Below, in pieces: positions 1 through 17,074 of a stretch of 64,000 bases of DNA. Position numbers and translations under genes: made by a program. This DNA is from the human T2T-CHM13v2.0 reference genome, Homo sapiens. The stretch lies in NCBI RefSeq assembly GCF_009914755.1, contig NC_060927.1. The stretch is one strand, 5' to 3'. Numbering within the stretch: position 1 is the first letter of the stretch; every line of letters starts with the position of its first letter. Under the pieces are notes generated by a model, which was not told the DNA's origin, did not search any database, and saw only the letters and a program-made list of their open reading frames with translations.

Positions 1-71
1 TGCCCGGTGGTCTAAACTGCAGGAGGGAAAAGAGGCAAAAATGGCAAAAATTCAGCGCACGCATGTATCAA
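1..71 (+). CDS. CFAP91: CFAP91 coding exon, 3' part only (ARWSKLQEGKEAKMAKIQRTHVS)
   Basis: Open frame from position 2; donor A|GTAATG at 72. Phase 1 joins the next exon as A+CA=Thr (..HVSTIRKL..). Confidence 0.85.
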
Positions 72-293
72 GTAATGGTGTAGTATGAACAATGAAGACG
101 GTGGAAAAGTGGGCTTTGCTTTGGATCTTTGACCAAACCTGACTTAACTATGATATAATTCTGTTTTGGTCCTGGGAATCACATAGGTAAGGGCTAAGAG
201 ATGAGTTATTTCTTAAAGGTAGAAGAATGGAGGAAATTCCCTTACTAAGAAAATCAAGTGATGGTGTCCTAACAGGTAGTCGAGTTACTGAGA

Positions 294-295
<2 letters not shown>

Positions 296-341
<46 letters not shown>
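296..341. repeat. (GT)n microsatellite
   Basis: Uninterrupted GT dinucleotide run. Confidence 0.95.
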
Positions 342-343
<2 letters not shown>

Positions 344-646
344 TGGGATAAGTGTTGGGTTCCCCATATTCATGGTCCACAGCCCTGGATAAAGAGCCCT
401 GTTTCTTACCCTTTCTTCATTTTGCCCTTAAAGGAGACATTTTAGACATCCTTTTTCCTAATCACCTTGCTACAAGAAATTTTAATACCGCAGATATAAC
501 ATATATATGTTTATGTACTATATGTATATGTATTCTGTACTTTATACATGAAAAGAGGAAGTATATGGTTTATTATTTTTATTCACTGCAAGATTAATAA
601 TGACTGAATTAAAGATTCAAGTTAAATTTATATTTGAAAAATTTAA

Positions 647-941
647 GGCCGAGAGAGGTAGCTCACACCTGTAATCCCAGCACTTTGGGAGGCTGAGGTG
701 GGAGGATTGCTTAAGGCTAGAAGTTCAAGACCAGCCTGAGCAGCATAGTGAGACCACGTCTCTACAAATTTTTTTTAAAAACAGCCTGATGTAATGGTAC
801 ACATCTGTAGTCATAGCTACTTGGAGGCTGAGGTGGGAGGATGGCTTGAGCCCAGGAGCTCAAGGCTACAGTGAGTTGTGATAGCACCACTGCACTCCAG
901 CCTGGGTGACAGAGACCTTGTCTCAAAATAAATAAATAAAT
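647..941 (+). mobile_element. Alu (AluJ-like)
   Basis: GGCCG..TGTAATCCCAGCACTTTGGGAGG, dimeric structure, (AAAT)n tail. Confidence 0.9.
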
Positions 942-1900
942 AGTATCAATTACATGTGCAGACTATTTATATATGTACTCATTCACAATATAATCACATT
1001 TTAAAAAATCATTCAAAACTTATTTTTCCAACAAAAACAAAACAATCACAAAAACAAATTATTGCTTAAAATTATGTTTAGTGAACTTAAATTTAAAATT
1101 TTTCTTTTTGAGAAAAGAGCACTTAACTGCTAGATATTTATTTAGATACAATCAACATTTGTTTCAGTACTTGGCATAACTAATGATAGATCTGACTAAT
1201 TTTTGTAGGTGAATAATAACATTTAAATCATTTTTACTTAATTCTAAAACCCAAGTCACACCCAGAAGTGCTGAGAATCAAACATAAACAATATCCCCAA
1301 GACAGCAGTGGCACACAGGCCCCCTCTTGCAGCATGACGTCACGATCTTGTATAAGATTTTTACCCCCATTGAAAACGCACAATGCAGAGCCGCCAAAAG
1401 GTCTTGGGTCTGTGATGGGATTTGAGAGAAAAGGAGCACAGGAGGTGGCGAGCATGACTCTTTAGATGAGTATACTCCTGATGTGCACAGTTGAGCCTTT
1501 CCCTCTGACTGCCAAACAGTTCAGAAAGCTGTAAGCTGAGACAGTCTTTGGTTTATTTTGGTGTTAACCAAGATGAACCTGTAGTCTTTGCTTTTGATTA
1601 TCCTTGTAGGGGAGAATAATTCCCTAGTTCCCCACTGAACATGTATTTTCCAGTTGCTTTGAGTTTCATTCATTTAACAAACTTTTACTGAATACCTCTT
1701 CTTGGCCTGGAGCTTGAAATGCAGTTATAAAAGATTTTTGACGAGTACCGATTGAGGACACTAGCTGATTCTGCTTCTGTCACTCCTGCCTGTCTCATGA
1801 CAATCTGGGCCACACAGATGGCAGATCTCTGTTTTTAATGTTACATTCTGGCTGTCGTGAGTCATCAGGAAATTCATTCATTTCAATAGCTTCTCTGTGA

Positions 1901-2182
<282 letters not shown>

Positions 2183-3018
2183 TAATTAGAAATCCAGTAT
2201 AAGAAGGTTGTCTCAGAAATATGATTAAATATATAAAATGTAGAAATTTAGATTAAAAGCTAAGCAATAAAAATATTTGCAATAAACACTGATGATACAA
2301 ACCAATAAAAACTACTAAGACCCAAATAAATAAATGGACACACTATAGAACAGTTCAGCAAGGACCAAATTCAATTAGCTAGTAAATGTTAAAAAAATGT
2401 TTAATGTCACTAATAATCAAAGTTATTTAACAATGAAATTGAGAAAAGTTTTATTCCAGGTTTATGAAGCCAACAAGAAATATGTATAATGAAATCAACC
2501 TTTTATAAAGAAATGTCAAAAAACTAGTGGGCAAGAGGATGGAGAACCAGGTGATAAGTTCACGGAGAGGACTATACCTCTTATGAAGTTCAAAAGAGGC
2601 TTATTTAGTTATTTAATTTCACTGACAAATTGAAGTATCACATGGCCAAGATCATGAGTTGCTGGTTACACTGCTGAACTTGTAGCTCTGGCTGGCCATC
2701 TCCAGAGCAAAATGTAATAAATTGGTGAACGTCTACTTTAGAAGGGTGGCACCACATATCATAGAATCATTAATTTTCTGTTGATTATTATTGTGGAATT
2801 GCTACTTTTTTGTAGGGCAATATTTTCACTTTAGAATGCATTTCTCATTGTACAGTCTAAGTCACTGACAACATGAGTTAATTATATGGAAATGTGCTAT
2901 TACATTTCAGGGACACTTCATTCTATTATATGAGATACACCCTCTCAACAATTCTAATGAAACTGCTTGGCAAACAGCTACAAAAGTTAACAATATACCT
3001 TAAAAATAATAAACGTAA

Positions 3019-3201
<183 letters not shown>

Positions 3202-3720
3202 TAATCATTATCTGGAGGACAAAATGCTTCTAGTATGATTTTTGCAGATAAATGCTACACTCCAAAAATTGCAGCAATGTCCAGTGGGTCAAACATAGAC
3301 CTACATTCTCTGCTCTGCACTTTTCTGAGGTTGCCCATGCTGTGCTGAACCAATGTGTATTTCCCCTCATTTCACATTTCAGGAGACTTCTTGGAGATTT
3401 TTTTCCCCATTTGCAGAGGTCATATTACTTTCTGAAAGCGTTTTCCACTTGGATCTCTATATAAAATTTGACGCTATACTAAGGTGTAGCAAGTTTCTAT
3501 TGTTGGTGTTAATAGCTATAATAGGCCCGATTTTCTCCCTTTTGTGTTCATGTGATCAGGGCATATGAAGAAAAAGAGTCATGTTCAACACCTTTCTCAT
3601 GTAGTTAAAGCTCTAAAGGCTCTAGTTAAAGCCTTCACCAAGACTCACAGTACGTCATCCACCAGCTGGGCTTTCCCTTTTGGTAGCTGGACTATAGGTG
3701 TATAGAATCTGTGGTTTATG

Positions 3721-3910
3721 CTGGTGGTTCTCATTCTTTCCTGTGCATCAGAATCTCATGGAGGACTTGTTAAGACACATGCAGCTGGGCTCCATCCCCA
3801 AAGTTTCCGATTCAGTAGGTCTGAGGTGGGGCTGGAGCATTTGCCTTTTTTATAAGTTTCCCGGTGATGCTGCTGCTGCTGGTCCAGGAACCACACCTCG
3901 AGGCCCACTG
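3721..3910. mobile_element. MER5A-like hAT-Charlie MITE
   Basis: Typical GATTCAGTAGGTCTG-GGTGGGGC...GGTGATGCTG(C)TGCTGCTGGTCC...CCACTG motifs. Confidence 0.75.
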
Positions 3911-4099
3911 TTTTATAATACACTCTCATCACTGGCCCATGCATGCTTGTTTGTTCAGTTGATTTTAGTAGTTAATAAAAATTGATGGGAACCTATCCTC
4001 AAAACAGGACCTTAACAGTAATTTATGTATATCGAGGTGGTTCTTTCCCACCTCATCCCCACGCCCCCATCTCCTTTCACCCATCCTGAATGCTGTGTT

Positions 4100-6500
4100 C
4101 ATCATTCTGTCACTTTCTGTTAAGATTTTTTTATAGATTCTTTTTATTAGGTTACGGAAGTTCCCTTCTCTTCTTAATTTACTAAAGCCTTTAATCATGT
4201 GTTTATGTTGAATTTTATCAAATGTTTATCACACAATTTTTGTATATTTTTTAATTATTGTAGTAACATTTATAATTGTTTATAAATATTAATCTATCCT
4301 TGCATACCTGGGATGAACCTGCCTTGGTCAGAGCATACAGCTTATTTTCAATACCTTGTTGGATTTGATTTACTCATATGTTGATTAGGATTTTGCTTCT
4401 ACATTCATGAGTGAAATGACCTTCTTGTTTTTCTTTCTCATTTTGACTATGTATGGGGTTGGTGTTATAATTACGCAGGTCTCCTGAAGTGAACTTGAGA
4501 ATATTCCTTCCTTTTTCTTTTTTTGAGAAGAGTTTAAATAAGATTGGGATGATTTGTTCCTTCACTTTGGTAGAATATGCATATAAAATTATCTGGGACA
4601 AATGTTTTCTTCATAGGAAAAATTTTAACCACTACTGCAATTTCTTTACAACTTATAGAACTCTTCTGCATTATTTTTGGTAAATTTTTGTTTATAAATT
4701 CCATTTCACCTACCTTTTCCATTTTTTTGGCATATGATTGTTGATAGTATTGTTTTATAATCTTTTAAATGTTTGTTTTATCTTATTCATGTCTACTCTT
4801 TTCACTTACAATATTGTTTATTTATGCCTTAACTCTTTTCCTTAATCAAGTTTACTGAAGGCTTGCTTATTTTCTTAGTATTTATGTTTCCAAACAATGA
4901 ACTTTTGATTTTGTTGATTTTCTGTGTTATATTTTTAATCACATTAATTTATACTCCTATATTTATTCTATATTTCTTTCTACTTTTTTAGGGTTTGTTT
5001 CACAGGTCTTACCTTAAATTGCACATGTAGCTCATCAGTTTCAGGCATTCATCTGTTTTATATAAGTATTTTAGGTTAAACATTTCCTTCAAAATACTGA
5101 CTTTTGGTACATTTCATTAGTTTTGATATGTAGTATTTGTCATTCTTAATTTCTAATATCAAAAAACCCATTATGATTTTTTAATCTGTGAGTATTTAAT
5201 AGTGTGTTTTAAAATTTCCAAATATGCAGGAATTTTAACTCATTTTCTCATTAACCTCTAACTCAATTGCATTGTGATCAGAGGTCATAGTCTGTGTGAT
5301 ACCTATCCTTTGAAATTTCATGAGGCTTGCTTTGTGGACCAGTATATGATTATACATGTAAAATAATAAAAGTACATCTTCAAATCACACTGTGCCACTT
5401 GATGGGTAGAGCAGGCACCTTAGAGCAGATTATTCCCAACTCCTTCTTCCCTTCCCTGTGATATTCCTGTCATTCATTTCACTCGTCCAAGTGCTATATA
5501 TAATCAGCCAATACTTTTTTACTTTTATTGCTTTAGTTAACAGTTATCTTTTAGATTAAAAATAAGAACAACAATATATTTTATTTATTCCTTCTCTTCT
5601 GCTCTTCTTATACTTATATCGATCTAAGTTTTTGATCTATAACATTTTTCTCCTGCCTGAAGAACTTTTTTTTTTTTATAATTTCTTGCAGGGAATGTCT
5701 GCTGGCCATGAATTCCTTCAGTTTTTGTTTGCCCCTTTATTTTGGGGAGCGGGGGGAATGTAATTCGCACACAATAAAATCACCCTTTAAAAATATATAA
5801 TTCAGTAGTTTTTAGCATATTTACAAATCTGTGCAACCATCACCACTATCTAATTCCAGAATATTTTTGTCATCCCCAAAACAAACCCCATGCCTAATAG
5901 TGCTCACTTCCAATTCCCCCTTCCCCTCAGCCCCTGGCAACCACTATTCTACTTTCTTTCTATTGTTTTTTTTTTTTTTTTTTTTTGAGTTGGAATCTCA
6001 CTCTGTTTGTCAGGCTGGAGGGCAGTGGTGCGATCTCCGCTCACTGCAAGCTCTGCCTCCCAGGTTGACGCCATTCTCCTGCCTCAGCCTCCTGAGTAGC
6101 TGGGACTACAGGCGCCCACCACCACGCCTGGCTAATTTTTTTTTTTGTATTTTTAGTAGAGACGGGGTTTCACCGTGTTAGCCAGGATGGTCTTGATCTC
6201 CTGACCTCGTGATCCACCCTCCTCGGCCTCCCAAAGTGCTGGGATCGCAGGCGTGAGCCACCGCGCCCGGCCTATTCTACTTTCTTTTTATGGATTTGCC
6301 TATTCTGGACATTTCATATACATGGAGTCATGCAGTATATGGCCTTTTGCGTCTGGCTTCTTTCACTTAGCATAGTATTTTTAAGGTTCATCCAGGTTTT
6401 AACACATCTCAGTACTTCATTCTTTTTTTATGATTGTGTAACATTCCATTGTGTGGATATACCACATTTTATTTATCTACTCATCATTTGATGAATACAC
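4100..6500 (-). mobile_element. Old L1 (L1M/L1MB-type) fragments, interrupted by an AluY
   Basis: T-rich antisense L1 ORF2 and 3'UTR-like text (e.g. TCTGGCTTCTTTCACTTAGCAT). Boundaries approximate. Confidence 0.7.
5960..6272 (-). mobile_element. AluY with 15-bp TSD
   Basis: AluY diagnostics (CACTGCAAGCTC, CGCCATTCTCC, CACCGTGTTAGCCAGGATG); TSD TATTCTACTTTCTTT at 5945-5959 and 6273-6287. Confidence 0.93.
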
Positions 6501-6532
6501 CAAGAATATAACCATGTCTAGTCAGTGGTTAA

Positions 6533-6753
<221 letters not shown>

Positions 6754-7047
6754 GGTTAATATATTTTTAGGAATATCATAGCACGTCTTGAGAGATACAC
6801 ACATTCTTGTTAGTGTTTCTCAAGCTGACCTAGCATCACCATAGAGAATATTAATATTCTGATTAATATTTATATCTGTGACCTAGATCTGGTAATGAAG
6901 GAAAATATAGGGTACAATATACATTATTCAGGTGATGGGTATGCTAAAAGCCTAGATTTCACCATTATGTAATACATTCATGTAAAAAACTGCACTTTTA
7001 CCTCTTAAATTTATGCAAATTTTTGTTAAAAAAAGAGATTATATTAA

Positions 7048-7200
<153 letters not shown>

Positions 7201-8027
7201 TGAAATGCTAAATTCAATATCATTGTCAGCTTATTCTTAGGATAGTTTAGCTTAAAGCAAATCTAATTTAGCAGTGTTAGTTTCCCAAGCTCTGACTTAA
7301 ATATTGTCTTTATTCTTATGTATCAAACATCAGACACAGAAAAACAAACGAGATGAAATGAAATCTAAACCCAGTCCTTCTCAAAAATAAAAACACAATT
7401 TAAAAAATCTTTCCATGAAAAATCAGCATCAGAAGGTAGTGCTCATGTATATGAAATAGAAAAAGAAGATTGAGTGATGATCAGCTACCATAGCTATCTT
7501 CCCACATGGAGAGATGGCTGATGACTGTTGGAGTCGAAGAGGAATGAAATGCCAGAGGTGTCATCAAGACGGACTTGCTTCTGGGGTGGGAATGACTCAA
7601 AGAGCCCTGCCCAGGGCCACATCTCACCAGACTCAATTTGAGCAAAGTATCAGAGTTGGTTAGGATTTAGAGGGCTGACTCAGACTAAACAAATCCACAG
7701 GAAACTGTTAGAGATGCCATGATGCAAATTTATTACTTTACAGAGAGAACTATAACTGCCTACTGGATCAGGCTGTTCCTCTTGGCTGGTCAGCACATTA
7801 TCTCTCAGTATGGGACAGTCCTCACAAGAAGCCAGATTGTATTCAGAAGGCTGATGTGTTTCTTGGCTGAGGGCAGGTGTTGGTGGGAGACCATGCTAAC
7901 ACCTGTTACTACCTCTGATGAGTGGCTCCTGCAGAGGGACCAGAAAGCTCCCACCAGCCAGCGGGGATGTGCTGCTGGATAACATTCTCTTTTCTAGACT
8001 TTGTGCAGGGCTTTGGTTGACATATTG

Positions 8028-8029
<2 letters not shown>

Positions 8030-8085
<56 letters not shown>

Positions 8086-8367
8086 AGACAGAATCTCGTT
8101 CTGTCACCCAGGCTGAAGTGCAGTGGTGCAACCTTGGCTCACTGCAACCTCTGCCTCCTGGGTTCAAGCGATTCTCCTGCGTCAGCCTTATGAGTAGCTG
8201 GAACTACAGGCATGTGTCACCACACCCAGCTAATTTTTATAGTTTTAGTAGAGATGGGGTGTTGCCATGTTGGCCAGGCTTGTCTCAAACTCTTGACCTC
8301 AGGTGATCCACCTGCCCTGGCCTCCCAAAGTGCTAGGATTACAGGCATGAGCCACTGTGCCCAGCCT
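8030..8367 (-). mobile_element. AluS with ~55-nt pure poly(T) tail
   Basis: Antisense full-length Alu; imperfect TSD ACATATTGTCTT/ACACATCGTCTT. Confidence 0.92.
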
Positions 8368-8972
8368 GACAACACATCGTCTTTCATGTGTGTTAATGTC
8401 ATCGATTAGACTGCTGTTTTCTTTTTACATTCAAAGGAATCTTAATTCGATTTCCAGACCCTGCTTTTTCTGCTTTGGACACAGAGTTTTTAAGATGATT
8501 TTTATAGATGGCTAACCTTGTCTCTTATATTCTGATTTTATCAGCATAGCTAAATTCTTGTGAGAAGTACCTTACTCTGACATAGACTAGCTGTATTTGT
8601 GTCTACTGATGATCAAACATGAAAAATCCTATTGCAAAATGATGTTATATGCAATACTTGTTGCTTTAAGAAATATTTTGCTGGAAAGGAATATAGGGAA
8701 ATGAAAGTGGTTTCATTTGTAGGGATAGCATGGCAGGGAGTGAATTTTTTGCTTGTAATATGATTTGTTAATGATGAAAAATAATGAATTCTAATGTAAG
8801 TAACATTAAAATACTATATGTTCAATAAGGGCAGGGACCATCTTTTATTTCTCTTTAAATCTTTTTGGCATCTAGCACAGTCTGTTTTGCTTGAAATAAG
8901 TCTTCAAAAGAATATTTGATGCTTGGACTACTGCAGTTCTCAAGCTGCTTGGTTCTCCCTTTGTTCTTTTAG

Positions 8973-9194
<222 letters not shown>

Positions 9195-10251
9195 TGACCC
9201 ATTTCCTTCTAATGGCATCATTTGTCCAGGTGGGTGGCACAGTGTCAAGGAGAGAGACAGGGAGGACCTACCTGCTATTTGCCATGGTTGTAACTAAGGC
9301 AGTATGAAACTCACTTCTTCCTTGGAATTGTTAAATCCATACATTTTCTCACCTGAATTTTGGCTATTTAAGCATTATCAACCAGGTGGATTCCCTAATT
9401 TTCCACAGTCATAATACAATTATTTGAGTTTGCATATGTCTGGCAATCCCTACATTATAAATGAAAGAGCTAAATAATAAATTATGGTTTTGAACCTTTA
9501 CTATATGCCCACACTATTTATTCTTTGCTCTACATATGTTGTCTCATTTTTTTTTCCTATCCATAATCTCATTTTACAGGCAAGTAATCTGAGTCTGAGG
9601 GAGATTTAGTTATCTGCCAGCAAATTCAGCTCTGGTCTTCCCGAGTGTAAAGCCTTAGCCAGATTATTTGTGTTGCTGGAGCAGGCACACTTCACTTAAA
9701 AAATGGACTGATATAAAGCCCCAGTTAATTTTTTTTCCCAGATAGCTATAACTCATAAGAGATTCAGATATGATGAGTAAATCATCTGGATGAACAACTT
9801 GTGTTTAGCACTGTTCTTTACTCTTCTTTCAGTATTTTCCCAAGAGAAATGCCACAGTTAAATTCAGACAACAGATTATTACAAACCAGGGACAGATTTA
9901 TTGGAAAAAAACATATGGCCATGAAAAATGCCATCCTCAGGTTTATTAGGGAAGGAGCACAGGAAATGAGGGGAAGGTTCTGGTTTCTTCAGATGACCCT
10001 GGAGTTGTCATCTTGTCCTTGAGAGGCATTCTCAGAAATTAAGCACAGCTCACTGAAAACTAAGCCCATTTTCTGCCTGAGAAGCTGAAGGCACAGAAAA
10101 GAGGGCTGAGCTCTAGCTCTGTGGGACACATCTGCTCTGTGGAACCCAAAAGGCAGGACAGAACCCACTGTTCACAAGTGTCTCACAAGTCACTGCGTGT
10201 GACTCCTAGTGCTTGGCACAAAGGGATGGTAACTTGCAGGTCTGTCTTTGA

Positions 10252-10845
<594 letters not shown>

Positions 10846-12763
10846 CTTAAATAATGCTGCTGTAGTCCTTAATTTGATTGGGGATGTGCCCTTACTGATT
10901 TGAATATGGTGCTATTTTTTCTTTATTTGCAAAACAATAACAACAAAACAAGAAGAATGCATTCTTTTCAACTTTAAGATTTTTTTCCTTCCATTTTTTT
11001 CCCCAAATATCCAGTGACTATTGTATTTCAGTTAGTGAGGGCTTTGTAGACTGAATAAATAACAAAAGCAACATGAAAAAAGTGAGAAATAAGATTTATC
11101 TTAAAATATTAGCATTTATTTTGGAGTTTTAGAGCTGTCATAGCTCATGCTGGTTAAACTGCATATTAAATGTGTTACTGTTTCATGATATGTGGTGACT
11201 TTCGTCATGACCTCCCAGCTGTGTGCCGCCTGACACAGCTAAGAATTACAGCTCCAAACCAACAACTGTAAATATTTTTCCTATTTTCTTCCAATGTTTG
11301 TCTATATATGTATACACACTTTTAAATGTTATTGACATAGTATAGCTATGCTTTATTTTACTCCCTCTCCCACTTTTCTGTAAGTCAATCTGAAAAAGAA
11401 TCAATTTGCACAGAATTTAGTGTTATAGGGAAGTAATACTTAAAGTTAATATGACCCCCCCTTTAGCAACATACATAACTCTTGTGTTATGTGGGAGTCG
11501 GGCACAAATGGTAAGCAGCCTGGAAATGACCACAACTTTGTTTCTTTCACATGACAGCAGCACCATGGATGTTTGCTGAGCTTGGGGAACTTTTGGGGGG
11601 TGAGGCAGAATGGGGAGGAAGCAAGCCACAGGCTGTGAGATCCAACAGAGGAACCAGAGAAGGAAGAGGAGAATGTCAACACTGGAGTCCCTGAATCTAG
11701 AAGTCCTAGAGTCCTGGAAAAGCTCAGATAAGGAGCAGAATGCCCTGGAAGCGCTAGGCCCTGAGACTGTGGATGAAAAAATGCCCTCCTTGGCCCTTTC
11801 AGTTTCTGATCATGACTTTAGTGGGTATAGCTAAGCTAACCCAGGCTTTTCAGCTCATTTATTCCATTTAGTGGATATACATGTGAGTGAAATCGTGTCC
11901 GCCTACAGCTAAGGGAGGAGTTAATGGGCAAAGCTGTCACTTAGCCAAGGACTCACTCTGCTTACCTTCAGCTGTACTTGGATACACCCTGGATATATGC
12001 AGGGATCTGAGGGAGTGAGCACCTCATGTATAGATGCAGCAATGCTGGTCTGCCCCCTTCCCCCTTCTCTTATATTTCTGTGGAAAACAGTCCAGAAAAT
12101 GCACAACCCCCAATTACGTAACACAGTACTTTCTGTGACTACAGTGGAGTCCCCTCCCTAAACATTTCCCTTAATTTCAAATTAGATGGTACTGCCTGTG
12201 CCTACCCAGATTTCTTGCTGAGAGAAGAGGCTAAACATGAACAGGATTTCTAGCCACCTCAGGATTTTCAAGGTTGCACCTGACCCTGAGTGAGGGAGCT
12301 TATGCTCCCTGGAGACAAGGAGAGAATCTATTTGTGATCTCTGGGCTGAGTATCTACTGTTTATGAATGGAAGGAGTAGTGAGATGCTCTTAGCTTTGCC
12401 CTTTTTTTCCATCTCTCCCTATTATATAAGTAAAGTTGAACTTTGTGGTTAGAAAGTGTGTGTGGGCTAGGAGGCAGGTGAGGATGAAGATGGGTGGTGT
12501 TGGGGCCAACAACCACACTTGACTGATGCTTTTACCCATAGCCCCATGGCCTCTGAGAACTGAGTATTCCCTCCTTTCATACAGAAACCAGGAAGGAAGC
12601 TGAGCATAGAGGGAGAACTGTCACTGAGAAGGTGGCATGTGACTGGAAGATGAACCCTTTTCCCTTACAAGCAAGGATAGGAGAGGAAAGGGGATGAAGT
12701 TGCAAAGTCATCTTAAACACTTTTCTTCTCCATATGTCAAAGCCAGGACACAGGGATTCATAA

Positions 12764-13165
<402 letters not shown>

Positions 13166-13673
13166 TAATGACTTCAAAGTTATTAAAAAAGTAAAAAGTA
13201 CCAAGGTTTTCTACTTTCACGTTATTCAAGATCTTAACTCCTAACTTGTGTGAAAGGAAAGATATTGAAAAATTAACTGATATCATGAGTGAATTTCTAG
13301 GAGATTCAATTTGATTAAACTCCAATATTATCTTTAATAAAAAACTTGACATTTCCCTTCATATCTGAGAAGACACACTTTACCTTGTTGATAAAATTGA
13401 AAGAAAAAAAACCCATTCTCCATGGTCACTAACAGAAACGTCTTGCTAAATCCTCTTGCTTATTTGAGGGCTGTGGTCCATCAGTGACTGACCAGACAAT
13501 CGACTTTCTCGTGCCTCAGTTTTCCTCATAAGAACTTGGGTTGGAGCCAATTGAGAGGTAATATTCCCAGTAAAAATTAAATGCATTCTGAAAGTGAATT
13601 GACTGCCAAGAGTTTTGAGTAATCCAGCACTTCTTCTAATAATCACCACTCATAATGGAATTTGTGTCCTTAA

Positions 13674-13988
<315 letters not shown>

Positions 13989-13999
13989 TAAAATGGCAT

Positions 14000-14540
14000 T
14001 TGGCTTTTGTTTATGCATTGAGTTCCTACTGTATGCCAGGCACTCTACAGAGGCACTGTGGGAAACTTTGGAGGAAAAAACCCAGACACGATCCCGTCTC
14101 TCCTAAAGCTTAAATAACACATAATACGCACGTGTATAGAATTAGAAACTGTAATGAGTTCCATGAAGGAAACAAATAGGGCCCAGAGACACATTTTAAG
14201 CCAGTTACTTCACTTGCTGTGTGGAGCACAGGCTGGAGGGAGGACAGAGGGGGAACAAGGCGGCCAGGAAGGAGCTGTTGAAGTAGTGAAGGCCAGAGTG
14301 AGAGACAGGAAGTCGAGTATTACATCCAGTTTCGGGCTTAAGCAGCTGGAAGATGATGGTATTATTTCGTGAGGTAGGAAAGTTGAGAGAGGAATAAGCT
14401 TAGGGGCAGGGGAGGAATCAGGAAATCAGTTTATATTTCGTTTGGGACATCTAAGCAGAGGTATTGTTTCAGTAGATGGATCTACAAGATGGAATTTAGA
14501 AATGAGGGTTTGGCCGAAGATGTAAATTTGGAAGTTGGTG
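14000..14540. mobile_element. Degenerate L2 fragment
   Basis: CATTGAGTTCCTACTGTATGCCAGGCACT and downstream GA-rich L2-like text. Confidence 0.55.
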
Positions 14541-16119
14541 ACCAGCTTCTAGCCTCCTACTAATCTCAACACACTTTTCTTCAAAAACAGTGACTGAGAT
14601 TTAGAAATTATTGGCAAATCAGAACTTGCCATCCTTTACCTAATATCACTAAGGAAGAACCAGCTGGGGATGAGAATAAGAAGAAATGGAACAGAGGAGC
14701 TACTATACACAAAAGCAGAGAAAGGAAAAAGCTGGTAAAAAAGCTTCTTAGGAAGATACCTTCTAAATGGGAATGATGTCAGAAAACATCAGCTCTGTCT
14801 AGCAAGGGCAAGAAAGGGTTAATATAGCCTTTCTAGCCTGATTTAAGAACCACTTAGGTAAAAAATGTACTCAGCTATGGACCCACAGATTCAAATATCA
14901 TCCATATGTTAATTCTCAACCTTCCTAATTAAAATATAGTGACTATTTTCCATCCTACTTCCCCAGCCTCCATTCAGATTCTCTTGAAGAGAAATATGCT
15001 TGCACATAAATTATAAACCAGAAATGTAATATTTAATAAATTTCCAAAATATGCATCTAGATAGTGAGAAACACAGATATAAAGTCATCGACTCATCTTT
15101 AAATACATATAAATTTTGCAGGCACATACATGAGGACATATTTACAAATATAATCTGGTGTGCACAACATTAGCAAGACATAGAGGAACACACATAGCCA
15201 CACTTTTCCTTATTCACATACATACACGCACAAACGTCTCCAGAAATTTACACATTTATAAAGATATACATAAACACACAGGTACATATACAGCTATGGA
15301 TGGACCATAGTAAACTTTCCACCTCTCTACTATTACGTGACTGAGCTAATTGATCCATATAGATCCAACTTGCTTCCTGAATAAGAGGGTGGGCTCTATG
15401 AGAGCATGAATATTGTATATTCCCTTTGTGCCTTGCACAACACAGTGTAGATCCCTGTAACTAATAGGCATTCAGCAGATATATTTTGGTTGGTTAGTTG
15501 TTTGGTTGATACTGTATTAAACTGGCCATTGAGACTCTCCCATAGAGAAGGCATAGGGATTGAAGGTTGATGTTTTACACATAGGTGTACAGTATCATAT
15601 ACTCAGAATTGTGCCAAAGTGCCAATCCACAAACAGGTACTGAATTGTTACTGAGTCCCAGGCATTATCTCAGATACAAAGCTATATTTAGACATGAAAC
15701 AGAAAAATGCCCTACCTCTAAAAAGCTGATAATCTGTTGAGGAGACAGCATACATATACAGGCAAAACTAAGTATGCCACAGTTGATGCTTAATCTTTCT
15801 ATATACATACACCTGTAAAGCGGGCAAAACTAAACTACTTTGTTTATGGTTACATACCTAGGTAGCAAAATTATAGAGAAAAGAAAGTGTTTACTATGAA
15901 AGTGGGAAGGTGCTGTGGTAAAGGAAGAAACCATGGTGGCCTTCTGAGATACTGGCAGTTACTATAATACATGGCTTCTGACTTTACCCTAATTCATTAC
16001 ACTGTACATTTATGTGCTCTGTACTTTTTATTTTGTTTTATTTTTCTAATCTCTGAGTTTGCTTGCAATGCACTTTTAAAATCTGTATCCTATTTCATGA
16101 TTTCAAGTAAACTTTAAAA

Positions 16120-16482
16120 AGAAGCAGTCAAGGGCTGGTATGATAGTTCAATAAATTCATTAGAGACCCAGGATCCTTCTAGCTTTCTGCTCTTCTGCTC
16201 CTAGGTCGTAGGCCTTCTGGCAATTTAAGATGATTGCTGGTATTCCAGCATTATGTCCTCATGAAAGGAGAAATGAAGAGAGAAAAAAGGAAGCCAGGTC
16301 TTTCCCTTTAAGAATCCTTTCTTTGGTCAGAACGTGGTCATATGGGCAATCCAGCTCCTGTGGGTGCTGGGAAATGTAGTCTTTATTCTAGGCACCTGTT
16401 TCCCTAGCTAAAATCCAGGGGTTCTATTATGTAAGAGGAAGGAGAGAAAGGACACTGCAGAATACCTCCTAGTCTGTGCTAC
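16120..16482. mobile_element. MLT1J/K-like MaLR LTR fragment
   Basis: TTGGTCAGAAC-TGGTCA(T)ATGG...GCTGGGAAATGTAGTCTTT motifs; ends TGCTACA. Confidence 0.55.
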
Positions 16483-16813
16483 AGTTAGATAGTTTGACCA
16501 AGTCACGTTGCTGGTAAGAACAAAGCCAGGATTTGAACCAGCGTTATTGACTCTGAAGCCCATAATCCTTCAGCAGTGCTGTCTTGCCTGCCTGCCCAAT
16601 AAGATCCATAATTCTGAAATGGGCTAAATGGGTGTGGGCTGCCCAGAGTGAGTAGGTAGGTGGATGAGAAACAGACTGATGAGATGCTAAAGAAAATGAA
16701 TGATTAGTGAAGGGACTGTTGACTTATTAAATGAAATATATGAGCTAGAAAAAGTTAACCAATGTTTGTGTATTTTTCTTGTGTTGTTTACAACAGCATA
16801 CCTGTTTTAGTGA

Positions 16814-17074
<261 letters not shown>

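Noticed and set aside
14591-14734. Possible cryptic CFAP91 exon (aaacag ... CTG|GTAAAA)
   Set aside because: Stops in all three frames within the first few codons, weak sites, no supporting evidence.
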